Shown here: piece after piece, positions 20,614 to 31,687 of the stretch
Layout: each line of letters opens with the position of its first letter
Position numbering within the stretch: the first letter of the stretch is position 1
Origin: a virus
Lineage: Duplodnaviria; Caudoviricetes
IMG/VR virus record: IMGVR_UViG_3300014205_000214
Span: 1 to 64,000 of that record
DNA: 64,000 bases
Strand: one strand, 5' to 3'
Position numbers and translations under genes: made by a program
Notes under the pieces: model-generated
Told to the model about the DNA's origin: nothing
The model's database searches: none
What the model saw: only the letters and a program-made list of their open reading frames with translations

Positions 20614-21018
20614 TTATCTACCTTCTCGGAAAGTAATAATACTTTTCCCGCCAATAACAAGATCATCACCATATATACCAAGCATTAGATCTTTTTTCAA
20701 AAGCATTTTCAGTAAAACAAATTTGACTTCTGGATAAGTTATTTTAAAACGATCTAGAAAATCAGTAGCAGCACTTTTTTCTATAAATCCGCAAGTTCTA
20801 CCAACCATATTTTCTATATAAGAATAACTATTTTTATCTAAGAGATCGTTAACAATATCATACGGAACATAATTTTTTTGAACCTCCGGAACTTTTATTT
20901 CCGAATCCATAGCATATTCAACACCAGTGGTTGGACTATAATATTTACCATCTTCTAATACAGCAACTTTATAAACGTGAACATAATCTAGGGTTATCTT
21001 ATCAACTAATTTACACAT
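20614..21018 (-). CDS. hypothetical protein, related to YYKV family
   Basis: VYKVAVLEDGKYYSPTTGVEY. Confidence 0.55.
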   Translation of the reverse strand: MCKLVDKITLDYVHVYKVAVLEDGKYYSPTTGVEYAMDSEIKVPEVQKNYVPYDIVNDLLDKNSYSYIENMVGRTCGFIEKSAATDFLDRFKITYPEVKFVLLKMLLKKDLMLGIYGDDLVIGGKSIITFREGR

Positions 21019-21028
21019 TTTTATCCCT

Positions 21029-21928
21029 TTAATAGTTTGCTAAAAATTGACTTGTATGAATTGCGTTTACACCAATCTTTTGAAGATCTAGTAAAATAGT
21101 ATGATCGTCATCAATCATTGTAACATTTGAAGGATGAATAGATTCCTTTTTTAAGATATTTCTAAGCATAACAGCCTTATATTTCTTGTTTCCGATAAAA
21201 TATCTATTTTTAACCTCAATATTAAAATGTTTATCTAGCCACTCGTTTTTATCATTTAAACAGAGATTATCAGGCATTGCTGACAAAACCCTCAACTCTG
21301 CCCCATTATACTGTAGCTCTAGAAGTTTGTCAATAATTGGTTTAACAGGTTTGGTATATTTAAAGTATTCTCCAGAAATAAAATCTATACAACCATTTTC
21401 ATCAATCGGTAATTGCTGGTAGGATGCAATAGTACCATCCATATCAACAAAAACATACTTATTGGTAAAATAATTAACAAATTCTACTTCGTCTACTTTA
21501 GAAACAAGATTATGTAAACATTTATTAAACTTAATAGCTTTATCAATAATGGCTTGTTCTGGTACTTTTCTAGCCCTTTCTCTATTCCTATTAAGGCAAA
21601 CTTGAGCAGGAGTATCTAGAACAACTAATTTAGTAAGATATTTATGATCCTTACAATGTTCTAAAAGTCTTAAATTATAAGAATTATTAATCCCTCCACC
21701 ATCAAAGATAATATCTTCTGTATTATACTCCATATAATTAATAAGTCTTGCTTCAGCTTGTTTTACACTCCATTCGTGAAGTATTTCTGGATTATTTGGA
21801 TTATAATCTTTATGAGATTCTTTAATAGAGTCAGCACTAATTACATGAGAATGAACCTGTTTATTATTAGCAATCCAGGTACTTTTACCACTTGCTGGTA
21901 AGCCAAACATAAAAGTTACTTTATTCAT
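21029..21928 (-). CDS. P-loop kinase (AAA_33) fused to HAD-family nucleotidase; polynucleotide kinase/phosphatase-like
   Basis: GLPASGKS, CLNRNRER, FVDMDGTIA, MIDDD. Confidence 0.8.
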   Translation of the reverse strand: MNKVTFMFGLPASGKSTWIANNKQVHSHVISADSIKESHKDYNPNNPEILHEWSVKQAEARLINYMEYNTEDIIFDGGGINNSYNLRLLEHCKDHKYLTKLVVLDTPAQVCLNRNRERARKVPEQAIIDKAIKFNKCLHNLVSKVDEVEFVNYFTNKYVFVDMDGTIASYQQLPIDENGCIDFISGEYFKYTKPVKPIIDKLLELQYNGAELRVLSAMPDNLCLNDKNEWLDKHFNIEVKNRYFIGNKKYKAVMLRNILKKESIHPSNVTMIDDDHTILLDLQKIGVNAIHTSQFLANY

Positions 21929-22172
21929 TCCTGTTTCCTAACATAAGGATCGTTACCAAAAAATATTACTGCTCCATCTTCTAAAACGTAAGAATTTGGT
22001 GGCCACTTATTAATCTTAGCATTATTATAAACTTTATCTTTATACTCAAGAGTATATTCTATATTAGCTTTTTTAGCGTTTATTTCTTTAAAGTGATAAT
22101 CTAGCCATATATGCAAACCAGTAAATAAGACTATAACCAGAATAACAAAAGTAATAAAAGTTTTAAAACCCA

Positions 22173-22934
22173 TTAAAATACCTTAAATTGAGTTACTATC
22201 TTATCTTCAATATCTTTAACAGAATTAGTACAATAAATACGGTCTAATCCCAGATCAAACCCATTTAAAAAATGTCCGTGAGAAACATATAAAAATACCT
22301 TATTAGCACCTTGTTCTCTCAATTTCTCAGCCAAAATCTTAAATGTTCGTCCTCCAAGTGCAATATCATCTACTATTAGACAATTAGAGCCTTTTACATT
22401 ACCTAAGACAACAAGGTTAATATTACCTTCTCTATCCCTAAACTTATTAGCAGCAACTAATTCATGATTCCATTTTTCTGCTAATTTAAAAACCTTCTTA
22501 TAAGCACCAGCATCAGGGCTAACAAGAGTAACTCTACTTCTATCTTCTTTGTCAATAATATCTGTTATACTGTTATATATAAAACTATCCGGCAACATTT
22601 TAACAAAGTTATTAAGCAAAGCTTCAGGAACATCTGAGTGTGGGTCAAATACTTCAACTTGAGAAAAATTACAAGAATTAATAAACTGACAAATATTCTT
22701 AAGATCAAAAGATTCTCCTACTGAAAACCTACGATCTGATAGTTGTCCAAACAAAGATGGAATAGTAACGCTGCAATTATATCCAAAATAATTTTTATGA
22801 GCGTCTGAAATACTTTTTAATAAAAATAAATCTTCATATGACGAAACTCTAACAGTAAATGCTGAGCTTGATTCTGGATCAATTTTAACACTAATTTGTC
22901 CATCTGGGTATCTAGTAACTTCATAACCTACCAT
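22173..22934 (-). CDS. prs: ribose-phosphate pyrophosphokinase-like protein (candidate ADPR-PP synthetase, Adps)
   Basis: RYPDGQISV, SDRRF, FDPHS, VSPDAGAYKK, IVDDIALGGRTF, YVSHG. Confidence 0.85.
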   Translation of the reverse strand: MVGYEVTRYPDGQISVKIDPESSSAFTVRVSSYEDLFLLKSISDAHKNYFGYNCSVTIPSLFGQLSDRRFSVGESFDLKNICQFINSCNFSQVEVFDPHSDVPEALLNNFVKMLPDSFIYNSITDIIDKEDRSRVTLVSPDAGAYKKVFKLAEKWNHELVAANKFRDREGNINLVVLGNVKGSNCLIVDDIALGGRTFKILAEKLREQGANKVFLYVSHGHFLNGFDLGLDRIYCTNSVKDIEDKIVTQFKVF

Positions 22935-23705
22935 ATTGGATTCCTAAATTCTTCTGGAAATAGTTTCTTGTTTTCACGTTCTAAATCTCTATCCATAGAA
23001 AAGGTTTCTTTAAAGATTTTAGTTTTAATAGTAATTTTCTTATCTATGTTTTTACCAATTGATTTATCAAAGACGCTAACAGAGAAAGTAAAAATATCAT
23101 ATCCACCAGACTTTCTATGAACCGTAATCATATCTCTTTCGGTTTCACCATTAACAAATAACCAATTTCTAACATGGTGTCTTTTATATTGATGATTGTA
23201 TTCATAAAAGATTAACTGATCAAATGAATGAACAGTTTCACCATTAACAGTTGAATATAAATGGTCATAAACAACCATATCGCAGTAAGTTGCAGCTTCC
23301 CCAATAAACATAAACAGTAATAGAAACATTTAATTATCACTTGGGGTAAGAGACTCTTGAAATCTATACTTTAAATATTCCATAATAGAGCAACAAAGAA
23401 TCATAATTGATCTATTTATTTCTGGGATAAAACCAATTAATAGTAGATATCTTGTTAAAAATTTCGTAACATCAATATCTAGATCATAGATCTTCTGAGA
23501 TAACTCAGATGCCGAAATATTTATATTATCATTAACAAAGTCTTTAAAGGTTTTGGTTGGACACATAAAGTTCAACTTCTTCTTGAGAAAATGTAATACC
23601 AGATTCTAAAACAATAAAAACTCCATCGTTCTTACTATTTAAGATTTGCTTTACAAAAGAACCCATCATTGGGGAATTAATACCAATTAGCAACATGTTA
23701 TAACC

Positions 23706-24119
23706 TTAATAAGAGTAATCCGCATAACCAAAATCTACCAGAACTAACTTACCGTTCTTAATACCAAAATTCTTCAAGTTTTCATCTACTACGAAATCAG
23801 AAGAATTATAAAGTTCGTCTACCAAGGAATCAATCTTTTTAGAAAACTTCTTATCAATTTCTTTGTGAGAATAAAGATTATGAAGCATTTCAACTGATTC
23901 TGTTACATATCCGTAAAACCCATCAGAATAAACATCTTCAAAAGCTTGTGGTGCTAATCCCGACAGGAAAGCTAAATGTTGATTTCTTTTTGAATAGTCT
24001 CTTTCCGATTTGTTTTTAAACCATTTAATTCCACGGTTTTCATTTATAGGATAAAAATAAGAGGATATACCATGTGGGCATCCCTTAATTTCAGAACTAG
24101 TAGGCAAAACTTTCAGCAT
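23706..24119 (-). CDS. minimal protein-kinase-like fold protein
   Basis: GIKWF, GLAPQAF, NFGIKNGKLVLVDFG; paralog of 49831..50388. Confidence 0.6.
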   Translation of the reverse strand: MLKVLPTSSEIKGCPHGISSYFYPINENRGIKWFKNKSERDYSKRNQHLAFLSGLAPQAFEDVYSDGFYGYVTESVEMLHNLYSHKEIDKKFSKKIDSLVDELYNSSDFVVDENLKNFGIKNGKLVLVDFGYADYSY

Positions 24120-24413
24120 TCTCTAATTTCCGGAAAGAATATGTTTTAAGTCCATAAGTTAAATTAGAAGCTTCTCCAACGACCAGATATTCACTGTCCA
24201 TGTCTGGTTCTAAAGCTTCAAGAACCGCTTGAACTTCAGCCATTGTATCACAACTAATAACCTTTTCAACTACTAAATAGTCATTTTGTACTACAACACA
24301 ATACATAGTATAATCCTTATAAGTTTTTTAGTTTAAGAAGAAAATGAATAACGAACATAAAGCCGCTACTAAGTAATATTACTGAGGCTTCAATAATCCC
24401 GAAACAAATACAA

Positions 24414-24896
24414 CTAAATAACATTATATTCATTTTTATTAATTGTTATCCTACTAATATTATCAATAGAATAATCTCGAAGAATTACTTCTTTACTAAC
24501 CTCTTGACGACTATTATTAGCATAGTAAAACGGTTTAATCTTCTCTGAGTCTACTCTTACATTATTATCAAAGTACTCTGAATCAGCAGACTGAACCTTA
24601 AGCTCCAGATAAAACTTATCATTATACTTTACTAAAGGACTATGAAGAATCCTTTCTCCCCAAGCTCTCTTTTCTGGTTCAAAATCTTTAGCTAAACCTT
24701 CACGTTCTCTTTGGTTATTTACAGAATTACCATAAATAAAACCAATAAGCCCAGCTACTTTAGAAACCTTCTTTAGACTAGTAAAAGGATTACCAGCCTT
24801 AATTTTAGGAACCGTAGTAGTTTCAATCGAAATTGTAGTAGTTCCCTTTACTTTACTTAGTAAATCAACCAGTTCTGTTTTAGTAAGTGTTTTCAT
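24414..24896 (-). CDS. conserved phage hypothetical protein
   Basis: Own promoter and SD; YGNSVNNQREREG...FEPEKRAWG. Confidence 0.6.
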   Translation of the reverse strand: MKTLTKTELVDLLSKVKGTTTISIETTTVPKIKAGNPFTSLKKVSKVAGLIGFIYGNSVNNQREREGLAKDFEPEKRAWGERILHSPLVKYNDKFYLELKVQSADSEYFDNNVRVDSEKIKPFYYANNSRQEVSKEVILRDYSIDNISRITINKNEYNVI

Positions 24897-24925
24897 AATA
24901 ATCCTTTTGGGTGAGTGATAGGTAT

Positions 24926-24953
24926 ATTATACTCTAGGCTTTAAGTTTGTCAA
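24926..24953 (-). promoter_or_regulatory. sigma70-type promoter (-35 in FDK codons of upstream ORF)
   Basis: TTGACA-N16-TATAAT. Confidence 0.8.
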
Positions 24954-25410
24954 ATTTCTTTTCTAGATCTTTTTCCATATCCTTTAAAGATTCTCGTTTA
25001 TCAAACATTCGCTGAATTGTGGCTAAAGGAACATTATGTGAATTTCTTTTAGCACATTCTTCTGGATCATTTCGCCATTTAGTTTTTGGTTCGATTAATT
25101 CGAATTCATAACCATTTTTAATAGCTAATTCCACATACTTATAAAGAGTCCAAGCATTAAGATTACAATTTCCAACGATTAATACATTCATTCCATTAAA
25201 CATTGCGAGAGCAAATCTACCAAAATTCCATTCATGAGCAGCGGTAAGATAATCAAACTTCCATTGATATTGTCCATCCTTAACAAAAAAATCATCAGTA
25301 GTGAAAATTTCACAGGTTAAACTGTTACCTAGATGTTCTTTTTTAAGCTTTTCTGCTAAAGTTGTCTTACCCGATCCTGGTAGCCCAACTGTAAATATTA
25401 CTTTTTTCAT
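24934..25410 (-). CDS. P-loop kinase, AAA_33/N4BP2-like polynucleotide kinase
   Basis: GLPGSGKTT, TTDDFF, CAKRNSHNVPLATIQRM. Confidence 0.8.
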   Translation of the reverse strand: MKKVIFTVGLPGSGKTTLAEKLKKEHLGNSLTCEIFTTDDFFVKDGQYQWKFDYLTAAHEWNFGRFALAMFNGMNVLIVGNCNLNAWTLYKYVELAIKNGYEFELIEPKTKWRNDPEECAKRNSHNVPLATIQRMFDKRESLKDMEKDLEKKFDKLKA

Positions 25411-25701
25411 GATACTTTTACTCTTTCTGATCCATTTTTGTTTATATTTACAACTACTGTATTAGTCTGATCTAGCGAAAAGATTTTTAAGAAAATATAA
25501 TTTAAAATTTGAATAATAAAATATACTCTGTAAGAATGTTCTATACCTAAATTATTCATATCTAGATAACATAGATTACCTAAATACGTAATGCCACAAA
25601 CAATAGAAATAACACTGAAGAATCTTTCAAGAAATCCTTTTGTTTTACATAATTGTGTAAGTAAGAGGATTAAAGAGCAAAATATAAAAGGTAGAATTAA
25701 A

Positions 25702-25905
25702 TTACTCATCGTCTTCCTTAAAAGTTTCTTCCCACTCTTCTTTAGTAACACCAGTTTTAATAAACTCTCGTTCATCTGCTGTTAAATTTGGCATAGCTAC
25801 TTGAATAAGTTCGCCTTTATTCCATTTGTCAAGTTGTTCTTGAGTTACTGGAATATCTAAAGTATGGGTTTTACCTGTAAACATCGAGGTTCTTGTTATT
25901 AACAT
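25702..25905 (-). CDS. small conserved phage protein
   Basis: RTSMFTGKTHTLDIPVT...LIQVAMPNLTADEREFIKTG. Confidence 0.65.
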   Translation of the reverse strand: MLITRTSMFTGKTHTLDIPVTQEQLDKWNKGELIQVAMPNLTADEREFIKTGVTKEEWEETFKEDDE

Positions 25906-26438
25906 AATTTTTCCTATTCTTCAATTACAGATTCTGGAAATACCATATAATACCATAGCGGTAAACCGTTATATTTTTCTAGTAAAACCGCATAGTCTAA
26001 CTCTGGATTGCCATCCTGAAATTGTTCAAGAGTTACATTTTTACTAGGATCTTTTAACTTAATCACATAAACAAATTTTTCAATCCATTTTGGATCTTCT
26101 TTATCCCAATTATTATAACTATAATTCGGATTTGTCATTGCATAAAAATTCCCAGAATACACAGCACAAACAGTTCCGTTAGAAACTTGTTGCCCTACTT
26201 CAAACTTTGGTTTTGTTTTTATCATTTATTCGCCTATATAAATTTCTATAACTTCATCTGTAATAGTGTCTACTTCAATAGTTTTAAGTAAATAAAAAAC
26301 ATATCCTAAACCAAATCTACTTTCAACTTGTTTCAATGCGTGTTCTTCATTCATAGAGACTATAGCAACAATTGTACTTAACCATTCATCTTGAGCTTCA
26401 TATATATAAACTTTTGGATAACTCATAGCATTTTCCCT

Positions 26439-26466
26439 ATTATAACATCATCTTTAATTTTGTCAA
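26439..26466 (-). promoter_or_regulatory. sigma70-type promoter (inside 3' end of ORF 26423..26656)
   Basis: TTGACA-N16-TATAAT. Confidence 0.7.
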
Positions 26467-28205
26467 GAAACTTTTTAGATTTACATTTGATCTTATTAGT
26501 TGTTTCAAACCAGAATATTGTAACCATGCCAAATTCAGATACTAAGAATATTCTATGAGAAGCTTCTGTATAATGATTCTTAATTTTATACACCGAAGGA
26601 AAACCAATAGAATACTTTTTAAGTTCTTTAATTACAATGGTTAAAGAATCACTCATTAAAATAACAAATCAATAATAATAGAGCAACAAAAACAAACAAA
26701 CCAAATAGGCCAGAATACAGGACCAATAAAACTATAAACAAAAAGTGCTATAAGAGCTAAAAGAGAACCTATCGTTGCTGGCATTCTACTAAATAATATA
26801 TTACATACAGACTTCATATTTAGCTTTCGTCAAAAGGAAATTTTCCATGTTCAATATATGGACTAATTTTTCTAATAGCTTGTAGTTGTCTTGTGGTTAG
26901 TTTCTTCCAAAAATTATGAATCCATTTTGCTTCAGCTAGATTGAGAACAATAATCATAGCTTCTTTTAAAGACATGTGTGGGTTTTTAGAAGCTATTTTA
27001 GACTCTTCTAAATGAATTTGTTTTAATCTACATTCTGTATTCATGAGAACATATCCGTTTTTCTAATATTACGAAAGCCACCACTAACAGCCCAAGTTAA
27101 ATCTGGTTGTTTTCCCTTTGGGTATCTTATTGGATAAGAAATAGAAAATATAGAATACTTATTAGTCTTTTCGCAATCAAATTCTTGAGTAGAAGGTTTA
27201 AATTTTAGAAAAGTATCTTTAATTAAACATTTTACCAAGTCTGGAACAGCATAATTCTTATACTTATCCTTAATAATCTTTCTAATAATTCTACATTTAT
27301 AGTCTGAAAATGGAATATCTTGTGGCCAAATAGACTTTAATTTATTATTCGTCCACAGCATGATCTTTTCTCCAAGATTTTTCTTGCTTTTCTCGCGTTC
27401 TTTCGCGCTTTGGTTTATCGCTATGAGTCCCGCTTCCAGAGCGATGCTCAATATGTCCATAAACAATTCTCTTTTTCTCTGTTTTACCCATCTTTCTAAC
27501 CTAGAATTGAAACTTGATCACTTGAAGCCATACTATTAACTACTCTTTTTTCGTTTGTAAGTTCATAACTAACTACAATAGAAATAGGCTTAGAGCATAA
27601 ATCATAGTTTTTAGCACATTTTTCACAAAGTAATCTTCGCACAGTTTTTGGATATTCTTTTCCAATATCAACTAAAGTACGATACTTTTGAGTCTGAGGA
27701 AAGCTACAATCTTCACATTTTGACATAGGATCAATAAATCCAAGTTCACTTTGAGCAACTAAACAGTCAGCTACTTTACAAGCTTCAATAAACTTATCAA
27801 GAGTTAAATGAGCACCGCTAAAAGTATATCCCTTTTCAAAAACTTTTGGGTCATCTGTTAAAGAAACATTAACAGACCTCATAAAGCCAGCTTGTTCCAT
27901 ACCTAGAGAATTACCTGACCAAGGCCCTTCTAATACTTTAGTAGAACCGTCTTTCATTATAATAGAAAATTTACTACCACCATATCCTTCACCTGGACTG
28001 GAATAATAATAAAAATCTACTAAACCATCCTTTTCAGCGAAATAACAACATCCCTTTTGTTCATATACTAAAGATTTATAATCAGGAATTTCATCTACTA
28101 ATACTTCAAGAGTAGGTAGATTATCAAATTCTGTACTATTTCGAACTTTTGCTTTAAGAATTTTCATTTTTAGATCCGTAAAAGACAACTGTGATTGATT
28201 CTTAT

Positions 28206-28233
28206 ATTATACTATGAGAACAAAATTTGTCAA
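28206..28233 (-). promoter_or_regulatory. sigma70-type promoter
   Basis: TTGACA-N16-TATAAT, back-to-back with late motif of cassette 3. Confidence 0.8.
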
Positions 28234-28251
28234 TTAAATTTTGTTTAAAAA

Positions 28252-28261
28252 GAGTATTTAT
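28252..28261 (+). promoter_or_regulatory. GAGTATTTAT motif, upstream of cassette 3
   Basis: 42 nt before ATG 28303. Confidence 0.7.
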
Positions 28262-28302
28262 ACTTAGAGACAAATTTAAATTAACTCTAACTAGGATTTT
28301 AA

Positions 28303-28464
28303 ATGCGAAAATTAAGTGATCAAGATAAAATTGATATTGTATTAGCATATCTTAAAGGTGAATCTTCTCTTAAACTAGGGCAAAAATATAACGTGTCGAA
28401 ACAGGCTATTTTAGCTATTTTACGAATAAGAAATATTGAAATCAGAGGTAAAAATGGAAAATAA
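28303..28464 (+). CDS. small helix-turn-helix protein (53 aa), not in ORF track
   Basis: MRKLSDQDKIDIVLAYLKGESSLKLGQKYNVSKQAILAILRIRNIEIRGKNGK. Confidence 0.8.
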   Translation: MRKLSDQDKIDIVLAYLKGESSLKLGQKYNVSKQAILAILRIRNIEIRGKNGK

Positions 28465-29302
28465 AATTTACGGTAGAATTTATCTTATTAAAAATTTAAC
28501 AAACGGGAAAATGTATATTGGGCAAACCGTTAAAAAAATAAGTTTGCGATTTTCAGAACATTGTAGTAATGCAAAAAAGGAGAAAGATCTTGGTATGATA
28601 ATAACAAGAGCTATTAAAAAGTATGGAAAAGAAAATTTTACTATTGAAGAAATTGACGTAGCTTATAATCAAAAACAATTAAATTTATTAGAAGGTATAT
28701 ATATTTCTTGGTTTAATACGTTAAAACCTAATGGATATAATCTAACGCATATAATTAACGGAAAAGGAAAACCAAATAAAACTATTATAGAAAAAATAAG
28801 AAAAACAGCAAATAAACCAGAAAATTTAATAAAATCTTCTGAAAATGGTAAAAAAAGACGCGGAAGAAAAACTAATTTTAAATCTAAATACGTCGGAATA
28901 TCTATTAGTGGTAGTAAATATAGAGCTATTATAGGACATAATCATAAAAATATTAAAATCGGAACTTATAATACTGAGATTGACGCTGCTAAAGCTAGAG
29001 ATATTGAAGCTATTAAATTATATGGTAACGATGCTATATTAAATTTTCCAGAGTTACGTGAAGATTATATAAACAATAAAATTTTTATAAAAAAGAATTC
29101 TATTAATCATCAAATAAAATCTGGAGAAAAAAATATTTATTATTGCAAAAGGGATAAACTATGGCAATATAAATGGTATGATAATATTGAAAGTAAAATG
29201 AAATCTAAAACATTTAAATTATTAAACGACGCCATTAAATTTAAATATAAAAGATGTTCCCTTGATAAAAATTTCCATTATGATCTAAACAAGCAGAATT
29301 AA
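28454..29302 (+). CDS. GIY-YIG homing endonuclease with AP2 domain (true start ATG 28454 by homology to the other two copies)
   Basis: YGRIYLIKNLTNGKMYIGQT; SKYVGIS...IGTYNTEIDAAKARDIEAIKLYG..LNFP. Confidence 0.85.
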   Translation: MENKIYGRIYLIKNLTNGKMYIGQTVKKISLRFSEHCSNAKKEKDLGMIITRAIKKYGKENFTIEEIDVAYNQKQLNLLEGIYISWFNTLKPNGYNLTHIINGKGKPNKTIIEKIRKTANKPENLIKSSENGKKRRGRKTNFKSKYVGISISGSKYRAIIGHNHKNIKIGTYNTEIDAAKARDIEAIKLYGNDAILNFPELREDYINNKIFIKKNSINHQIKSGEKNIYYCKRDKLWQYKWYDNIESKMKSKTFKLLNDAIKFKYKRCSLDKNFHYDLNKQN

Positions 29303-29912
29303 TAAAAGTAGTATCAAAACATGGACTACTAAAAGTTCCAAAATTAAAAAACCCTTTACTTGGATACGCATGAATGTGTCCATGTAGCATATACTTAGCC
29401 TTTACTTCTAAGACTCTATTAAGCAAACTTTTACAACCCGCTCTAACAATATTTCCAGTATCTACATCATCAGTAATATCTAAGATGTTTTTACAAGGCC
29501 CGTGAATAGCTAATATAGAAATATTTTCCGGTATCATATCCCAAATAACTTTCATTTTATTACGTTTTCTCATATAGGCCCATCCTTGACCATAAGAACA
29601 GGTCCACGGAGAACCATAAATTGAGACTCCTTCTACATTAGCTAATTCATCTATTAGGAATTTAATTCCTGGATAATCTTCCTTGCGAATTAAACCCTTT
29701 TCTATACTTAAATCGTGGTTTCCTGGAACATATATCTTGTGTTTAATAGGTAAAACCGAATACCATTCCATAAATCTTCGAACTTCGTGTTCGTTAATAT
29801 ATGGATTCTTATTATTAGAACAATCTCCAGTGTGGATAACTATATCGCATTCTGGAATATTAAATTCGTTATGTCTACAATGAGAATCAGATATATGCCA
29901 GACGGTTTTCAT
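29241..29912 (-). CDS. calcineurin-like metallophosphoesterase (MPPED-like)
   Basis: ISDSH, HTGD, PGNHD, YGSPW, HGP, HGHIH. Confidence 0.85.
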   Translation of the reverse strand: MKTVWHISDSHCRHNEFNIPECDIVIHTGDCSNNKNPYINEHEVRRFMEWYSVLPIKHKIYVPGNHDLSIEKGLIRKEDYPGIKFLIDELANVEGVSIYGSPWTCSYGQGWAYMRKRNKMKVIWDMIPENISILAIHGPCKNILDITDDVDTGNIVRAGCKSLLNRVLEVKAKYMLHGHIHAYPSKGFFNFGTFSSPCFDTTFINSACLDHNGNFYQGNIFYI

Positions 29913-31687
29913 TTTAAAAGTTCTCTAATCTCTTTTTCTCTAGCTTTAATTTGATCAAGTTCTTTTTTAAGTTCTTCTATTTTTTCTTGTGAAAGAACCT
30001 TATTATTTAATGGAACAGTCATATAACAATATCCATTATAATGATAAATTCCATCATAAGCATGACAAAATTTCTGTTCGCTACCCAAAATACCACTCTG
30101 AGACATAATATAATCATGAGCTAGGCTTCTAGAAAGAAAAGCTTTATGAAAAACATTAAAGCCATTACCTGTTTGAAAATCAGTATTCTGTAATACTACT
30201 ACTATATCCATATTAACTTGACCCTTGCTTAAAGATTTTATCTCTGCTACCGCCCAAGCTAATTCTTTCCAGGAATTTTCTGAAGCAACCACGAATGATT
30301 CTCCAAATTTTTCATAAACAGTAAAACTATTACCGGTTTCAACTATTAAGTAGTTTGGATTATTAGTTGTTCTGATAATCATTATACTTTTCCATTAGTT
30401 TTTCATAATGTCTCTCTCCTGTTGGAGTTAACCCATTATTATCCCAGTTTTGATAACGATCATGAAATTGTTGTAAATCTTGCCAAAAATAAATAGAATG
30501 GCCCTTATATTCATTTTTTAAATAATCTTCAATATTAAGTATCTGATGAACAAAAGCATGTTTTGGTAAAGTTTCTGGATTATTACAACATCTTCCAACA
30601 GCACACATATTACCTTTTCTATTGATATATTCGCAACCACCAGATGGGCTTAATGATCTTTTTGTGACATCTTGATAAGTGTTTTTTGTTTCGTTAATAA
30701 TTTGTACTTTTAGCATTACAATCTCCTAATTTTATTAATATCTATGCCATAAATCTTTAATAATTCAGCTACAACAGTTCCATAACATGGTAATCCAACA
30801 ACCGTACCATTTCTTCTATATTCTTCCCACATACAAATAAAACCAATAGCGTCTTTTAAAGATTCTTCATTTAAAGCTTCTTGAATAGCTTGGCTTAGGG
30901 TTTTTATTTCGTTAAGTGGTTTCATTATTTTCTTCAGTCAGGGTATGAGAAATCGAATCTCTACTACGACCACCAGCTATTTTAATATGTAGTAAATGCT
31001 TATAAGACATTTTGCTGGTAATACCCTGTTATACTAACACCTAGTAATAAAGCTACTACTTTCTGTTTTTTCACAAAAAGTAATTTCAATATATGGACCT
31101 GAATAAGCACCTTTAATCATATTGTAAAACTTTAGCCATTCAGGAGATTCTTGCAAATTAATATAATGACTAACATTTAGTTTTACTTCCATCCTAGCAA
31201 CAAGCTTATCAGCATTTCTTATATCAAAATTCTTATCACTAGTATCCCAAATTTCTACTTTAATATTCACTTTTTATTCCAAACCTTACGATTAATAATA
31301 TTATTAAAATGATCCTCGTTAAAACTAAGCTTTTCAGCCATATATGAAAAATATGTTCTAGGAGAACTACTACCCACATAAGAGTTCATATAGCCAACAT
31401 ATTTAACATTTTCTAAACAAACAGGAAGAATAATAAGATTCTTTTTAAGATTCCAATATTGATCTCCCCATCTATCTAAATCTTTAATTACTGATTCACA
31501 ATCTTCTTCAAGAGCAAGGGCATAAAAACACTCACTATTATTAATATTGTTGATTAAATAAGGAAGATTATTATCATTCAATGGGAACGTTTGAAACGCC
31601 GAATATAATTTCCCGTCATTAACATGAAAAATCTTCCAAGCATCTATTTTTTCAACTGATACTTTAAATTTTCTATATAAGCACATA

